This document shows positions 62,955-64,000 of a stretch of DNA of 64,000 nucleotides, piece after piece. Within the stretch, counting starts at the first letter, position 1. The number at the start of each line of letters is the position of its first letter. Under the pieces are notes generated by a model. It searched no databases. It was given only the letters and a program-made list of their open reading frames with translations, and was not told the origin of the DNA. Location: contig NW_021835993.1 of NCBI RefSeq assembly GCF_006345805.1, positions 1 through 64,000 on the forward strand, read 5' to 3'. Position numbers and translations under genes: made by a program. Source of the stretch: Octopus sinensis (Eukaryota).

Positions 62955-64000
62955 CTAGCTCGGCAGCTCGCTTCGCTCACCGCGACCTAGCTTCTGCGGA
63001 GGGCCTGTTTCATCAAACAACTATAAGTTTATGTAGATGTATAAAACTACCTGGTTTAATGTAACCCTATTCTATCGCCTGTTGATAAACGATGTTTGTC
63101 GTCCGTCCTTCCTTGGCATATATGAATAAATTTTCTCTTCTGCCTACCCTCGAGCATCCCACATACAGCTGTCCATGTGAAAAGCACTCACTCTCTAAAA
63201 ATAACCCAACTACCTTTAATGACTGTCCCTGGGCCTTGTTTATTGTCATTGCAAAACTCATCCTCAAAGGAAATTGCAGCCTTTTAAATCTAAATGGTAA
63301 TTCATCAGAAATTATCGGAATTCGTGGAATATAAACATCCTCACCTCTATACTTACCTGTTAATATCGTAGCCTCTATTACGTTAGCCATCAAATTTTTG
63401 ATAACTAACCTCGTTCCGTTGCATAATTTAGGTGGCGCAAGATTTCGTAATAAAACCACTGGAACGCCTATCTTTAACTTTAAAAGATGATTCGGCATTC
63501 CAGAGGGATCTAAGGAGTTTAAAAATTCAATCCGGTTGAATTTTTAGAAAATAACAAAAAAATAAAGAAAAACAAATAAAAATAAATAATTTAAAAACAA
63601 AAAAATAAAAAAAACAAAAAAAAAACTTTAAAAATTTGTAAAATAGTATAAACAAAAAAAATCTCTGCCGCCACGGCAACAACCAGTCTAATTTTTTAAC
63701 AGCCAATTAAGATAATGCTTAAGAGCCTTTATAGTCCGGAGATTTAGCTTAGTGACCTTGATTAGACAAACCACTGGCGGAAATGGGGCAGCCGGAGATG
63801 CGGCAGGCAGAGTAGAAGCAGAAAAGCGACACACAAAAAAGATTTAATTAATTACCTTAAGCTGACCGTTTTTTCTTCAGCTTCGTTTTTCCTCCTTCGG
63901 TTATCTATTTAAAAAATTATTTTTGAATAATAAAAAAGTTTAGGAAAAGAGGCATACCGAAAATAAATTCTATCTTTACGAAAAACTTAACTTAATAGTT
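62955..64000 (-). mobile_element. Helitron, same family as 39960-42189, with a longer PIF1 fragment; runs off the window
   Basis: Terminal CTAG|T at 62955. ORF 63067-63498 reads [13 protein letters not shown]...NGTRL...TINKAQGQS. 63870-64000 matches the interior of the other copies. Confidence 0.95.

Noticed and set aside
1-64000. Alternative nuclear genetic code (TAA/TAG as sense)
   Set aside because: KLF, LSM4, RPS25, COX11, the orphan gene and intact transposases have no internal TAA/TAG and end in TAA. Internal stops are confined to decayed elements, the relic at 23700 and CPVL.

Overview
AT-rich eukaryotic (animal) nuclear DNA, mostly transposon-derived, with a few compact host genes whose GT-AG introns are mostly about 22-32 nt. 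Host genes: KLF10/11-like zinc-finger factor, a small UBF-N-terminal-like gene (x2), an orphan secreted protein (x2), LSM4 (x2), RPS25 (x2), COX11, a CPVL-like serine carboxypeptidase with two in-frame TAA codons, and a decayed squalene epoxidase (SQLE). About 20.5 kb (~7229-27770) is repeated in direct orientation at ~33698-53918, and the two copies differ by several transposon insertions. Mobile elements include Tc1, pogo/Tigger, hAT (Buster-like and CGGBP-like), Merlin, Helitron, RTE-like and Jockey-like LINEs, and several CRE-clade retrotransposons, one with an N-terminal PHD finger. The most unusual structure is an intron-containing 5' fragment of the cilia-associated gene VWA3B inserted inside a LINE. 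It is flanked by a 25-bp direct repeat and bordered by a degenerate CCCTAA tract. Tiny introns, animal-type intron positions, COX11 and VWA3B suggest a ciliated, reduced metazoan such as a dicyemid; this is inference only. Many single-base frameshifts fall in homopolymers and may be sequencing errors. Protein family calls come from recalled motifs, not database searches.
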